The position numbers and the translations under genes are program-made. The notes beneath the pieces are model-generated. The model saw nothing but the letters and a program-made list of their open reading frames with translations. It ran no database searches and was not told where the DNA came from. A stretch of DNA of 55,929 nucleotides, counting the filler, from Sluysia triapertura (taxonomy: Eukaryota): the NCBI GenBank assembly GCA_046118255.1. It is 3 parts of 3 records of this genome, joined end to end, with 100 filler letters (N's around TTAATTAATTAA, not from the genome) between each part and the next. Parts side by side here need not be neighbours in the genome. Positions count along the whole stretch, not along the records: positions 1 to 14,882 come from JBJNIA010245763.1; positions 14,983 to 28,987 come from JBJNIA010010541.1; 1 more part is not named here. One strand, given 5' to 3'. Within the stretch, counting starts at the first letter, position 1; every line of letters begins with the position of its first letter. Below are positions 12,479-24,072 of this stretch, in pieces.

Positions 12479-13304
12479 ATGGAACTCATCAATTTTGCTG
12501 TTTTAATACTAAGACTTCTTTGGGGCTTATTTATTGTATTTTACATGAATTCATGGATTTGTTTTAGTAAAATTCCTAAATGCGAATGTTTACAACAAAA
12601 TTATGAAAAGTTGTTAACTGTAAATCATAGAATTGATTTACTCATAGTGTGTATGAGTAGCGCTATGATAAAACCCACCGTTACTTGTTTATATGTCGTC
12701 ATGCCTTTGGCTTATAATGACATAATAATCTATAAAAGAGTTTTAACTAAAGATGATTTTGATTATTAGTATGAAGTTAACGACTATGATCATAATTTTT
12801 ATGATTACTATGAAGTTAACCAAAACGATGATTATTTCGACGACGATTATGAAGCTAACGATAAAGAATATGGTGCTATCAATGAAGATCTTCATGATAT
12901 CTTAAAATTTAAAGGAAACGTCAATAAATGTCCAAGAAAATGTATAAATCAATTTAGCAAGTTCGATTCAACCCAGTCTAACATGACTGCCTTTTGCCCA
13001 TTCGGTGCGGACAACAATGGAGTATGTATAAAAAGTGTAATCGACTGCTGCTATGCTCATGCAGTGTATGAATTGAAGGCTATCAAGAGAAATGATTCAA
13101 ATTATAACTATCATTCGTCTAGAATAACAGAACCAGTCAAGAGTTTTAGCTCAACTACGATTTCAACTACCAGCGACTTTATCATGAACAATCAAAAAGT
13201 AAATAATTCTTTTATTTACAGTGATAATATTATAATTTATATTTGTTATTCAGGTAAGGGAACGTGGAATTGCATTAGGAGCACACACAGAAGCCAGTAC
13301 TTAA
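12479..13304 (+). pseudogene. Putative secreted/membrane-anchored Cys-rich protein with D/Y-rich repeats, one in-frame TAG
   Basis: ORFs 12479-12769 and 12983-13198 share one frame broken only by TAG at 12767-12769. Hydrophobic N-terminus, DYYEVN-type repeats and Cys clusters. A plausible 55-nt GT-AG intron (13199-13253) leads to a last exon ending TAA 13302-13304. Confidence 0.5.
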
Positions 13305-13771
13305 ATTTCAAACTTTTAATAAATAAATTTTTGTGTAATTATTCCTTATTTTTAATTAAACAAGAATGTAAAGATTATTTTAGATTTTCAATTTTAAAAA
13401 ATAAACTTTTGATAAAATTTTGTAATTCCTTCGTTAACCTAAGAGCAATTAAACATTTAAACTTAATTTTTTATCAAAAAGAATTAAAACATAATTTGAA
13501 ATTTATTAATTATCAACAACCACAACAATATTAATACCGTATAACGAATAAGAATATCGTACTACGTCATTTTCGGAAGCAGAATATGTTAAGATGAACG
13601 CGCTCAATGAGTTTCATTATTACAAAATATACATTTTATGTTGAGCTTGGAAAAGTCGTTTTTGTCACTCTATCAAACAATTATTTGTACTTTCGATCTG
13701 TTTAATTGGATTATCACAATATCTTTATATGATTTGAAACCAGACGGTGAAAGAATCCATAATCTTCTGTG

Positions 13772-14882
13772 TGTAGTAGATAATTTATGTTGTAGATAAT
13801 TTATGTTAGTAGACTGTAGATTTTATGAATTAATTTAGATAAATTTATGTTAATAGATAATTAGATTATAATTTATGTAAAGTTCAAAAAACAATAAAAT
13901 TAAATTATGATTAGATAAAAATAAAATTTTAAAGTTAGTTTTTATGTTAGTAGATAATAATTTAAAAGTTCATAAATAATTATGTTAATTAGTAAATAAA
14001 TTAGATAAAATTAATTTCAAAAGTATTTAATTAACTATTTAATAATCAATCAAAAAATTTAAATTTATGTGCATTTACACGTCTCCGTTTATAATAATTA
14101 TTTCATTTTATCTTTTATATTGCTAAGAAATTTTACATAAATATCTGATGGTTCTAATTCAAAATACATAATACTTAAAGACAAATTTTAAAAATCTTTT
14201 GAGTCCGGCATAACATAACCTTTGGAATAATAGTATTTGGAATCGAAGGAACCTGGGAACAAATTTTGATTTGGAATCAGTTAAGATAATTGACTAGGCG
14301 AACAGATTGGACCATATTTCTTTGGAGATAATATTCATTTGGAATCACTAATCATTGGAGTCGTTACCAAAAAATTTACTATTGGAGAATTTATATCCAT
14401 ATAATCCACTGAACTGTAAGCTATTTATGTTAGGTTTCATACAGTGATAAACTGTATTAAAATCCACGAAAAATCATAACAAATTTTTTACATACCCAAG
14501 TATTCACCTGGGTCAAAATCATCTTTAAAATTTATTATATTTTTAATTTAGGAGAAATCCTAAAATTATTTAAATTAATTATCATTGTTATTATTGCATC
14601 TATTTATTATTGCACCTATTTTTGTATTTATCCTTCATTGTAATTACAACTAAAATTTTGTTAATAAAGTTTCATAGGATACAGTACGTATCAAATATTT
14701 TGTCTTTTGTTTTTTAATTATTAAGGAGTAGAAGTTAGGTTAAAACTTTAATAGAAAAAGAAGTTAATATTAATTAAGTATAATTAAAGACCCTCCGTTT
14801 TAGACATTAAGGAACGCTTTTCGCAGTTTTTTGACATACCTATAACTAAGTCTTCCGCGAGATATAAAACTTAGATTATAGG
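13772..14882 (+). mobile_element. LTR-like element copy C, truncated by the assembly gap
   Basis: Inverted relative to A, B and D. Starts with TGTAG/TAGATAATTTATG repeats, then CATAAATA (14136-14143), TTGGA repeats, GTAAGCTATTT (14416), hairpins, AATAAA and the conserved 3' block (14790-14862). Confidence 0.7.
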
Positions 14883-14982
14883 NNNNNNNNNNNNNNNNNN
14901 NNNNNNNNNNNNNNNNNNNNNNNNNNTTAATTAATTAANNNNNNNNNNNNNNNNNNNNNNNNNNNNNNNNNNNNNNNNNNNN
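14883..14982. other. Artificial contig linker N44-TTAATTAATTAA-N44
   Basis: Exactly 100 nt, with a six-frame-stop palindrome in the middle; identical to 28988-29087. Confidence 0.95.
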
Positions 14983-14984
14983 AT

Positions 14985-15230
14985 AGTAACGCTTACTTTT
15001 ATGGATTTTGGCGTAATAAACGCATTGTTTTATTTGATACATTGTTAAAAGGATTTAAGATGAATCTTGATGATAATAAAATTGATAAGAATCAAGGCTA
15101 CACAAATGATGAAATAACATCTGTGTTAGGGAATGAATTAGGACATTTAAAAATGAATCATGCATTACAAGTGATTGTTTTCTGTCAAGTCAATTTGTTA
15201 TTTATGTTTTTTACGTTTCATGTGTTTTTA
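14985..15230 (+). pseudogene. ZMPSTE24: Fragment of CAAX prenyl protease 1 (ZMPSTE24/STE24, peptidase M48) with altered zinc motif
   Basis: The frame starting just after the gap reads SNAYFYGFWRNKRIVLFDTLL...QGYTNDEITSVLGNELGHLKMNH..FCQVNLLFMFF. This matches the STE24 signature SNAYFYGF..NKRIVLFDTL / VLGHELGHW, but HELGH is NELGH. Similarity is lost after ~15230 and the 5' part is cut by the contig edge. Confidence 0.8.
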
Positions 15231-17063
15231 GCTCAAATTTTAAAAAATTGTTTACCATATTGTAATAAATTAATATATAGTGTTGAATATTTTTTTGTTC
15301 AGTTTTTATTAATAGTTAATTCGGGCCTTAAGCCCTTTTTGGTAATATTTAAATTTGTTGGTAATTTTAATTTAAAGATTTCGAATTTTCATAAAAGAAA
15401 AAAATATAAAATTTTTAATCATAAGATAAAAAATGAAATATTTCCCACAGCTCTTCATAAACGTTATCAAAATCGTAAATTAAAATATAAATCGTAAACT
15501 TGTATCAAAATAACGAAACCATAAATAGAAAAATACCTATTCTAATTGAATTTTTAATTATATACATATTATACTATGTTTTTAGGTTTCTTTTTTCTGA
15601 AGTCGAGAACATGGTGTAAGTAGCTACCATGGATGCATAATAACAGTCAATATAAAATCGTAGCTCCCTTACATAAAATTTATTTATGATTCCGACATTT
15701 TTATTCTAACATTTCCCTGGATATAAGTGGCTTCATATTTCGCAATATTGCTTCCACTTAAATTCAGTTTTCGCACTTAATTTTTTTAACTTTAGAGAAC
15801 AATCTCTATTGGGTTTTAAAGTAAGTACAGGGAAACAAATGAGTTATTCTCTTTTCTTTATTATTCATTATTTGTGAATAAATATATATTCTTTTTTTGT
15901 TTATAAAGGTTGATTTTATTCTTTTTTGAAAGATTCTCATTGCTAGAACCAAACTTACATTATATCTTCTTTTCGTTGCTTAATACCCAATTAAACTTCC
16001 TTCCTTTTTCTGCTGCGAGAGTTGTAAATTATAAATTACAATGAAGTAAAAATAGTATTTCAAATAAATCTAACATATTTGTTTCATAAAAACAACTTGA
16101 AGTGCCCTAATTTTAAAGGAAACGAAAAAAACTAAAACTGGAATTCATAAAACATAGATTTGAACAGGTTACTATTGTGGATCTAGTTTTATAAATTTTA
16201 AAATTACAATATTTATATTTAATTATTAATGAATTATTACTACATACGTTATTATTAATTTTATCTTTCAATCTATTATAAAAATTTATAAAAAAATTCA
16301 AACAATTATGATTGCAAAATTGGTGCTTAAGGCACTTAACTGATTCATTGTTAAAGAAAATATTTATAATATAATACAACATAGATTATTCAATATCCAC
16401 GAAATCGAAATTTTAATCACTCTTGATACATAGGTGTAATTAACAATATCAAATAAACAACTTTGACATCTTAGACTGGTCGTGGTTCCAAATAGTACAG
16501 GACAATATTTAAGCTTGTTGATACCATTTCTTTATGATTATATATATAATAGCATTCTGACTATCCACATGTAGGTGGTCTATAATTCTACCATTCTCCA
16601 ATACGTATATGTTAATGATGTTTGAACTCATTGCACAAAGAAACATTTCAAAACCATATAGCGAGGTCTATGGAAAATAATGGATAGCAAATATTCAACA
16701 TAATAGGTGTATTGCCTGTAATTCATAAAAATCGAAGAACACACAATCTAAAACTATTAACATAATTCGAATTAACGTTATTAATTTTATAAAATTTAAA
16801 GATAAGCATAATTGTATTACTCAATTTATCAACATATTCTAATTTTAAATTGACATAAAGGTCTTTATAAACCTTAAAGATTGAAACATGTTTAACACCA
16901 GAAACTTTAAAATTTAAATTAAAAACTTTAAGCTTTAAAATAAAGATAAGACTAATAAGTTTTAGAGTTCTCAAAATGGTCAATAAATTTTGAGATGTAA
17001 CATTTTGAATTAAGATTTCAAAATGTAGATTAAATTAAAAATAACATCTTGTGAAAATATAAA

Positions 17064-17493
17064 TTAAAATATATCCTTATTTAATACATCGTTTATATCT
17101 TCAAAATTGCTCAATGCATTTTCGAAATTATATAAAATAAGAGTAAAAAAATCATTATTTTTAATATTAGCCATGGATTTACAATTAAATCCAGTTATAT
17201 ATGTTCGTACCCAAATGTTTTTAACATTAACATCGTTATGAGTACGTATGGCGTTATCAAGTAAATAATATATAGCGGATAGAATACTATAAACTATTTT
17301 TATCACAAACACCTCTTTAATTTCACAAGTTGTGTTTTGTTTTAAACACTTTTCAATGTAATGATAAATAGAATACCCAAAATGATATTCTAATTGCTCT
17401 ACAACTACTTGAAATTCAATACCAATTCGGTAATACCGAACAAGGTATGGATGTCTAACTTTTGATAACGTTTCGATTTCATGTGAATAGAGC
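17064..17493 (-). pseudogene. Protein kinase-like (pseudokinase) exon of a divergent or decayed gene
   Basis: The open frame 17492->17064 reads HEIETLSKVRHPYLVRYY (alphaC Glu + HPxLV), ILSAIYYL, HNDVNVKNIWV (HxDxxxxN loop) and LILYNFENA (DFG replaced by NFE). The downstream continuation (15900-17050) has stops or frameshifts. Confidence 0.6.
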
Positions 17494-18829
17494 CTTTATT
17501 AAGATGGAAATGAAGAAATGAATATTAACGCAAATCGATAAATAATTACAAAACAAAGTAATATAAATGTATAATCATTCAAGCAAATATTACAGTTTTA
17601 CATTTTAGAAACTATCTCACAACAAATTATTTCACATGAGCAACATGTTTTCATATTGACAAAATTGTAAAAAAATTTAATTATTATTGTTTTATGTTGT
17701 GTTATCACTTTCTTATTGTCAATTACTAGCGTCATTCTACTGTTGTCAATCATTTATTTACATAATCGTTTATTGTATTACTATCGTTCGTTGTTATTTT
17801 ATTCTTGTTATCTTATTCTTGTTACTACCGTTCTATTCTTACTGCTACCATTGTATCACTGTAGCTTAACTTAGCATATTGTATCAACAATTTATAATGT
17901 GTTATTTATATTTTAATCTTTTATTCATTTGTTAAATTTTTATCAAGTATTAAGGTCGACCAATACAAGTTAAAGGTAACTGCATTGCTTTATCAATGAA
18001 ATTTATCATGAAATTAAGAATTGAAAGTGTATTTAAAAAATGAGAAAAATTACTGTTGAGTCTTGTGATTGTGACCGATTCAATCATTACAAAGAAAAAT
18101 GTACTGATAATGTTAAGCAGCATATGTAGCTTAATTTCGAAAAGTGCAATACTTAAATAATTGCTTCAACTAAAGATAAGATAATTGCATGTAATGATTT
18201 TTATGAACGAGAATGCAGCAGATGTAGTTGTAAAACACGATGCATATTTTAATAGATGTAAAACAAAGAATGAATTGGCTGAAGTGCAAATCAGTAGCGT
18301 CAAACACGCCGCCCACAAGAGCTTGAGATGAGGCCCCAAAGCTTGATAACAATGTATAAAATAATGTTATTTTAGAATTAGATTGAAATTTTAATTTAAA
18401 CTATTTTTAAGCATCTGAATATACCGCCTATGGCAATTGCGCGTCCCTTTTGATTCATGTTGTGGCTAAGTCGGTAAAGTAGATTATACCGAAGAGTCGT
18501 GCGATCGTTTTTTGGACAGTTTCTTCACAGTTGCAAATTGCAGGTATTATTTGTCTAATTTATTAAAACTCATCAAATAACTGACCGTAAGTAATAATTA
18601 AATTAGAGGACATTCAAATTGGAGTAAAAAATCAAAAAGGTAAAAAAATACGTGAAAAATCATAGTGGCAGTGTTTCAAAACAAGTACAATTAAATAAAA
18701 TATTTCGAAAATTTGTTTAATCATAGATTTTTTTATAAAATCTTGATTAGGTGTTTAATTTTCTTATAAATAAAACAATGTTTTTTATTTTTATTTTTCA
18801 GAAAAATACAATAAAATACAATATAAACA

Positions 18830-19110
18830 ATATACGGGAAAAATAAGAGAAGAAAATTTAAAAAATTAAAGTGACCTTAAGTCACAACAATCATTTTTAA
18901 AAAATCGTTTGAAAACTCCGAAAGTCAAGTTCAAACTAGTTTCATTATTTCGGAACTTATAGCCAAATGTTCAAAATGCTTCACAGACGGTGATTTTGTT
19001 AAGGAGTGCATGCTAAAAACCGCAGAAGTCAAAACTATTCATGGCATTTCACTATCAAGAAATTGTGTGATGAGAGAATTAATATTAGTCAAAATCTTGA
19101 AAATAATTTG
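18830..19110 (+). mobile_element. hAT (Buster/GTF2IRD2-like) transposase remnant
   Basis: TSFIISELIAKCSKCFTDGDFVKECMLKTAE..ISLSRNCV matches the IAK.KPF.GE.VK.CM..A / ISLSRNTV pattern of Buster-type hAT transposases. Frameshifted and truncated. Confidence 0.7.
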
Positions 19111-19169
19111 AGAATTATTCAACATTTTTCAATTTTCTTACCAATGCTTTTAGTAATCATCCACAGTTA

Positions 19170-20942
19170 ATGACTTTAATTACCAAACAAGAGCATAAAC
19201 TACAATCTGTAATTAGTCTCGGTGTCGATGACTTTGACGATATCAAATCAGACGCTAAATTAATATCAACATCTACACTAAATGATTATTCTCCCATTTC
19301 TACCATTATAAGATCAATACGTATGGAAGAGTCAGAAGATAAATTTCAACAATTCTATATTAGTAAGCATAGTAATCACATAATTGTTATCATTATTATT
19401 ATTTCTTTTATTCTTTTTATCAATCTCTCTCTGTTTATTTATTTTTTTAATCAAAATTCATTGGTGCTCAAATGCATGGACAGCAAGGTCAACAATTAGA
19501 TTACAATCTTAATGTTCAAACAGGTCAATCTATTGAAACATACGAAAATGAGCAAGTATATCAACAGGAAGAATATTACGACAAAGATATGTCCAGAGAA
19601 GTATTTACCAAGAACACAAACCTCTACATACATTCAAAAGACTGCTTGTCAACCACAAATTCAATCTACTTCATGTTCATCAAGTCTGGAGGAAAATCCA
19701 TGTTCATCTAAAATTCAGTACAATCAAATTTCATCAAAACTGCGAAATAATAAATGTTTATCAAGAGTAAAAAATAATCAAATAACATCAACTAGGTGAG
19801 ACAACACATGTCCAGCAAATATAAAAAATAGTATTTATTTTCCCAAAACCCAATATGTTACATGTTTATCGAAGTTACCAAGTGATCCGTGTTTATCAAA
19901 TATCGATTGTGCCCAAATAACATCAAAGAAAATATGCGATTTTCCAGAAAGCATGAAAATAGGAGTTATTATTTCATCAATTATAACAATAAATTTGAGA
20001 AAAAGTAGTGATGATATAATATCAAGCTGTAATCAAGTGGATTATAATTGCAATGAAGATGATTTTGCCTGCGTTAATTCAGAAAATGATTTTATAGACA
20101 GTGCAAGATCAAGCAATTTAGTTACCCGGATGGCAGCAAATTGCATTGCAGTTGGAAATTGTCAGGAAAATGAAGAAGAATTTATAAACGTTGCAAAATG
20201 CAAAGATGAAAGTGGAAATTGTAAAGGTGAAATAAAAGATGCTTCAAATTGTGTGGGTGAAAAGAAAAAATGCCAAACACTGAAATCAACACATAATAAA
20301 TATAAAGATAAAAAATTATATAATCAATGCGAAAAACCTAAACCAGCTTTTGCAACAAGCACAGCAATTCCTAATAGAAGTAAAAATTCGAAATCAGCTT
20401 GTTTAACAGATGCTTATTTAATATCAACTTTTTATTTGCTATGTCAACCGTGTATTTCTTGTTTTATTAACGGTGAAATTGCAAAAATAACTAAATGGTC
20501 ATGTAGTAACGCAATGAAGAAAATTGATACTATTTCAATACCGAAAAATAAATGCGATACTAAGAAAGAGTTTCAATATACACATTCGTTTAAAATGTAT
20601 TGTAGAAACATTAAAGTATTTTTACTTAATTTGCATTTAGTAATTGATTCTTGTGCTTGTACAAAATATAAAATTGAAAAATGTATTTATTTGATATCAC
20701 GATTTTTAAGATTTTACACTTCGGATGAAGTAGTGGTCAATTTTTTTCTAGATAAACATGAATGTATTGTAGATTTTTCTGAAAATATTTTGTGCAATTG
20801 GAGTTACATTATTGATGATTATTTTTCATTTCAAGTGCCAAAAGAAAATTCTATATTTTTCAATAGTCCATTATTTGACAACGATAAATCCGGTACTATC
20901 TTAACAACAGAAAAATTATTATCATCATCATGTTTCGTATAA
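19170..20942 (+). pseudogene. Large Cys-rich protein of unknown function with 9-aa repeats, interrupted
   Basis: 19512-20942 is one frame except for TGA at 19797-19799. There is 9-aa periodicity (LEENPCSSK/LRNNKCLSR/TQYVTCLSK/LPSDPCLSN). Upstream ORFs 19170-19499 and 19472-19711 look like an earlier exon or frameshifted part. Confidence 0.5.
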
Positions 20943-21684
20943 GAATATTTTTGAAGTTTTGTGTAATCTATAGTTAACACTTATAAACCAATTATTTTAC
21001 ATTCAATATATCAGAATATTTAAATTTTTCTTTCTTATCTTTTGAGAACGGGTAGAAAAACGGCTCTTTAATACACAATTTTGGTCATTATAGACATTAG
21101 TTTCACGAATATGATTTATTATTGGTGGTTATTATAATTTTGTCGTGTCATATAAACATTTGTGCTGTTTATATTTATTATTTTTTATTTGTGTTATTCG
21201 ATATTTCTATTAAAACATTATTGCTTATTATTTTCTTTTTATTGTTGTTAGTTACTGTCCTTTATTGAATATGAATAAACATTATTAATGCAGCCCTTTT
21301 TTAACGGTCAAAGCAATTTTTCATTTTATAAAACAGTACTTATTTTATTTATCCTCGAATGTATTGACAAACTGAAGACCTTCTGTTATATTTAGCAGTT
21401 TATGGCTTACTCTGCTCAGAAATCATCGCATAAGTCACATAATTAGAAGATCTAATAAGTTTTTCCCAATCTTTTCAACTTTCTTTAAATAACATTAAAC
21501 TTAAAACATACAAACATACAATAAAAAATAAAGTAATTTTACATATATATACATAATCGAGTATTAACAATAATAGAAGAGAATAATTTACTTTTGAATT
21601 ACATTTAGCTGACAAAAAATTCACATTATATTTACTCTAGATAACCCTAAATTTATTAATGAGTATTATAAATATTATAATTAC

Positions 21685-21687
<3 letters not shown>

Positions 21688-21737
<50 letters not shown>

Positions 21738-21770
21738 GTATTAGTATTATTATTATTAGTATTATTATTA
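21688..21770. repeat. (ATT)n microsatellite
   Basis: Direct reading; similar tracts lie at ~22050-22090, 23081-23125 and 24032-24070. Confidence 0.9.
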
Positions 21771-23077
21771 TATAAATATCATAATTATTTTTTAAATACT
21801 TGTTTTATAGCTCTTGTGTACTACAATTAATTGGTTTTATTTCAACTATAAAATATAAAAGAAAAACTAATTACAAGTTAAAATGAAATTGAATAAGTAT
21901 ATTCACATTATACAATAGAATTAATGGAACAATGCGTTTTATGTTTCTTTGAGAAATAAATATTTTTTAAAATCTGTTAATTTAGTAATGAAAATAATAA
22001 ATACTTAACTTATTAATTCACAATCAAATTTAGTTTTGCTAGTTTGTTTAATAATAATAATAATGATAATAATAATAATAATAATAATAATGTTAAATTG
22101 TAATAATTATTATAAAATATAATCATGTAATTTATAAAAATTTAAAAGTAAACATCTTAAAATATCATAAAATCAAAGAAAGAGAAATAAATTAATAAAT
22201 GAAAATAATAATAATAAATGAAAGACTATGAATTTAATGACACTGCCAGAAGAACAAAAAACGTAGAGTTTTATTAAAATGGAAATAAAGAAATGAATAC
22301 CAACAAATAATTGAATTTGTGTGTAAATTCTACTTTTAGGTACTAAATAGATGAAATTGCACACAGTATCACAATAATATATAAAATGAAATGAACTAAC
22401 TATAAAAAGAAGTTCGTCATATGATAGATTCAACTGCATGAAAAAATTATCTATAGGATACTGATTTTGGAATGGAAATAAAAATTTAATTGGCTTTATT
22501 ACAAACACTATAAAATAATACGTATTTTGACGCAAATGACATATTTGAGTAATGCTATCGTCGGAAAATTATGAAAAAAATACGATGATATCATAACTTT
22601 AATTCCAACACACTTTGAAAGTATCAGCTAATTGCAAGCATTTGCGTCAATTGACGCAAGTGAGCCTTCTAGGTATTAAAAATTCTGGCCTTTCTAGTGT
22701 TAAACGTATTCGAGATAAGTTTGACAGGTGTGTACTGATGAGTACACACCTGACAACTAATGCCAAGTTCATAATCTTTCTAAAAAAGATTGATCTGACT
22801 AACTAACTTTACATTACACATTCCTTTTCATAAACACATCTAAATTTACTTAAAATTTTAATTTATTAATGCAAATAATAAATATTTATACTGTAGTTCT
22901 AACTTATTGATATTTTAATTAATTAATTTCCACCAGAAGCAAATATAACTAATCTCCATGTGGTTACTGAACACCTTTCGAAGTTTTAGTAAAATCTTTA
23001 TTATTTTTCATATGTATTTATAAATCTTTTACTAACAAACTTAAATAATAAATAATTTTCTAAATCTATTAAATCGG

Positions 23078-23121
<44 letters not shown>

Positions 23122-24030
23122 CATTATCAATAATTACATTACAATAATTACATTATTATTAATTTTATAATAATGATTATTTTATAATTAATATTATTAT
23201 TAATTTTTAATTATTAATTCTATTTTTAATTTTTTAAATTAATTTCATAATTTCCAAATATATTATTTTTTATTTCAATATTTATTTTTAATAATTTTAA
23301 TTAATGCAACTGTTTTCCGGAAATTCAGTGTAAAAATAGTAGAATTTTCATTATTGTGTCTCTATAGGATTTTTAAGTATGGTTTTGAATAACTTAGAAA
23401 AATCTTGTATATTCTGAGGGCAATAACCAATCTCTCATCTGATATCTCTTACAAGTTCGTTTCCATTGTATAGACGATTGTTTAAGTTTATCGTACTTAA
23501 ATTAAATGAGGTATCTCTTTCTCAATTATTGTGCCTTATAGCTGTTAGAGTTGGTCAATAATTATTTTCTTTTTAGTCTCAAAAATGGAACCTTTTAATG
23601 TTAGAATGAATATTCTAGTATCGAGTCATTATTCGGAAAATTTGAATAAATATGTACTACCTTGATTAATATTACTACCTTAAGGTTCAACTTCAATTTC
23701 TTTATAGTAAACACTTATTCTAACGTAATCTTTAAATTAATCATATTAATTAAGTTTTTTCTAAATTATTTGATTGGCCCATAAATATTTTAAATTAATT
23801 CTCGATCTAAGTTATTTCTCTTATCTCATCAAATCCAATTATCTTATGAACTTAAATCGTCGTGTTTTCTGCTTTCAATATAAGTGTTTTTTTAACAAAT
23901 TATTTTTATTCTTTTTTGTAAAAACATTACCTAAAGGATACTGTGTTGTAAATTACTTTTTTATAATATTTTATATTAGGTATTAAGCTTTTATTAATCA
24001 AATCACTTACAATCGTCAATATCTTAGTAA

Positions 24031-24072
<42 letters not shown>

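Noticed and set aside
14927-14938. TTAATTAATTAA palindrome inside N runs (also 29032-29043)
   Set aside because: Assembly linker with stops in six frames, not biology.
19797-19799. Selenocysteine TGA
   Set aside because: The TGA falls at a non-Cys position of the 9-aa repeat where R/Q/K/E occur; a CGA-to-TGA mutation is simpler and no SECIS was recognised.
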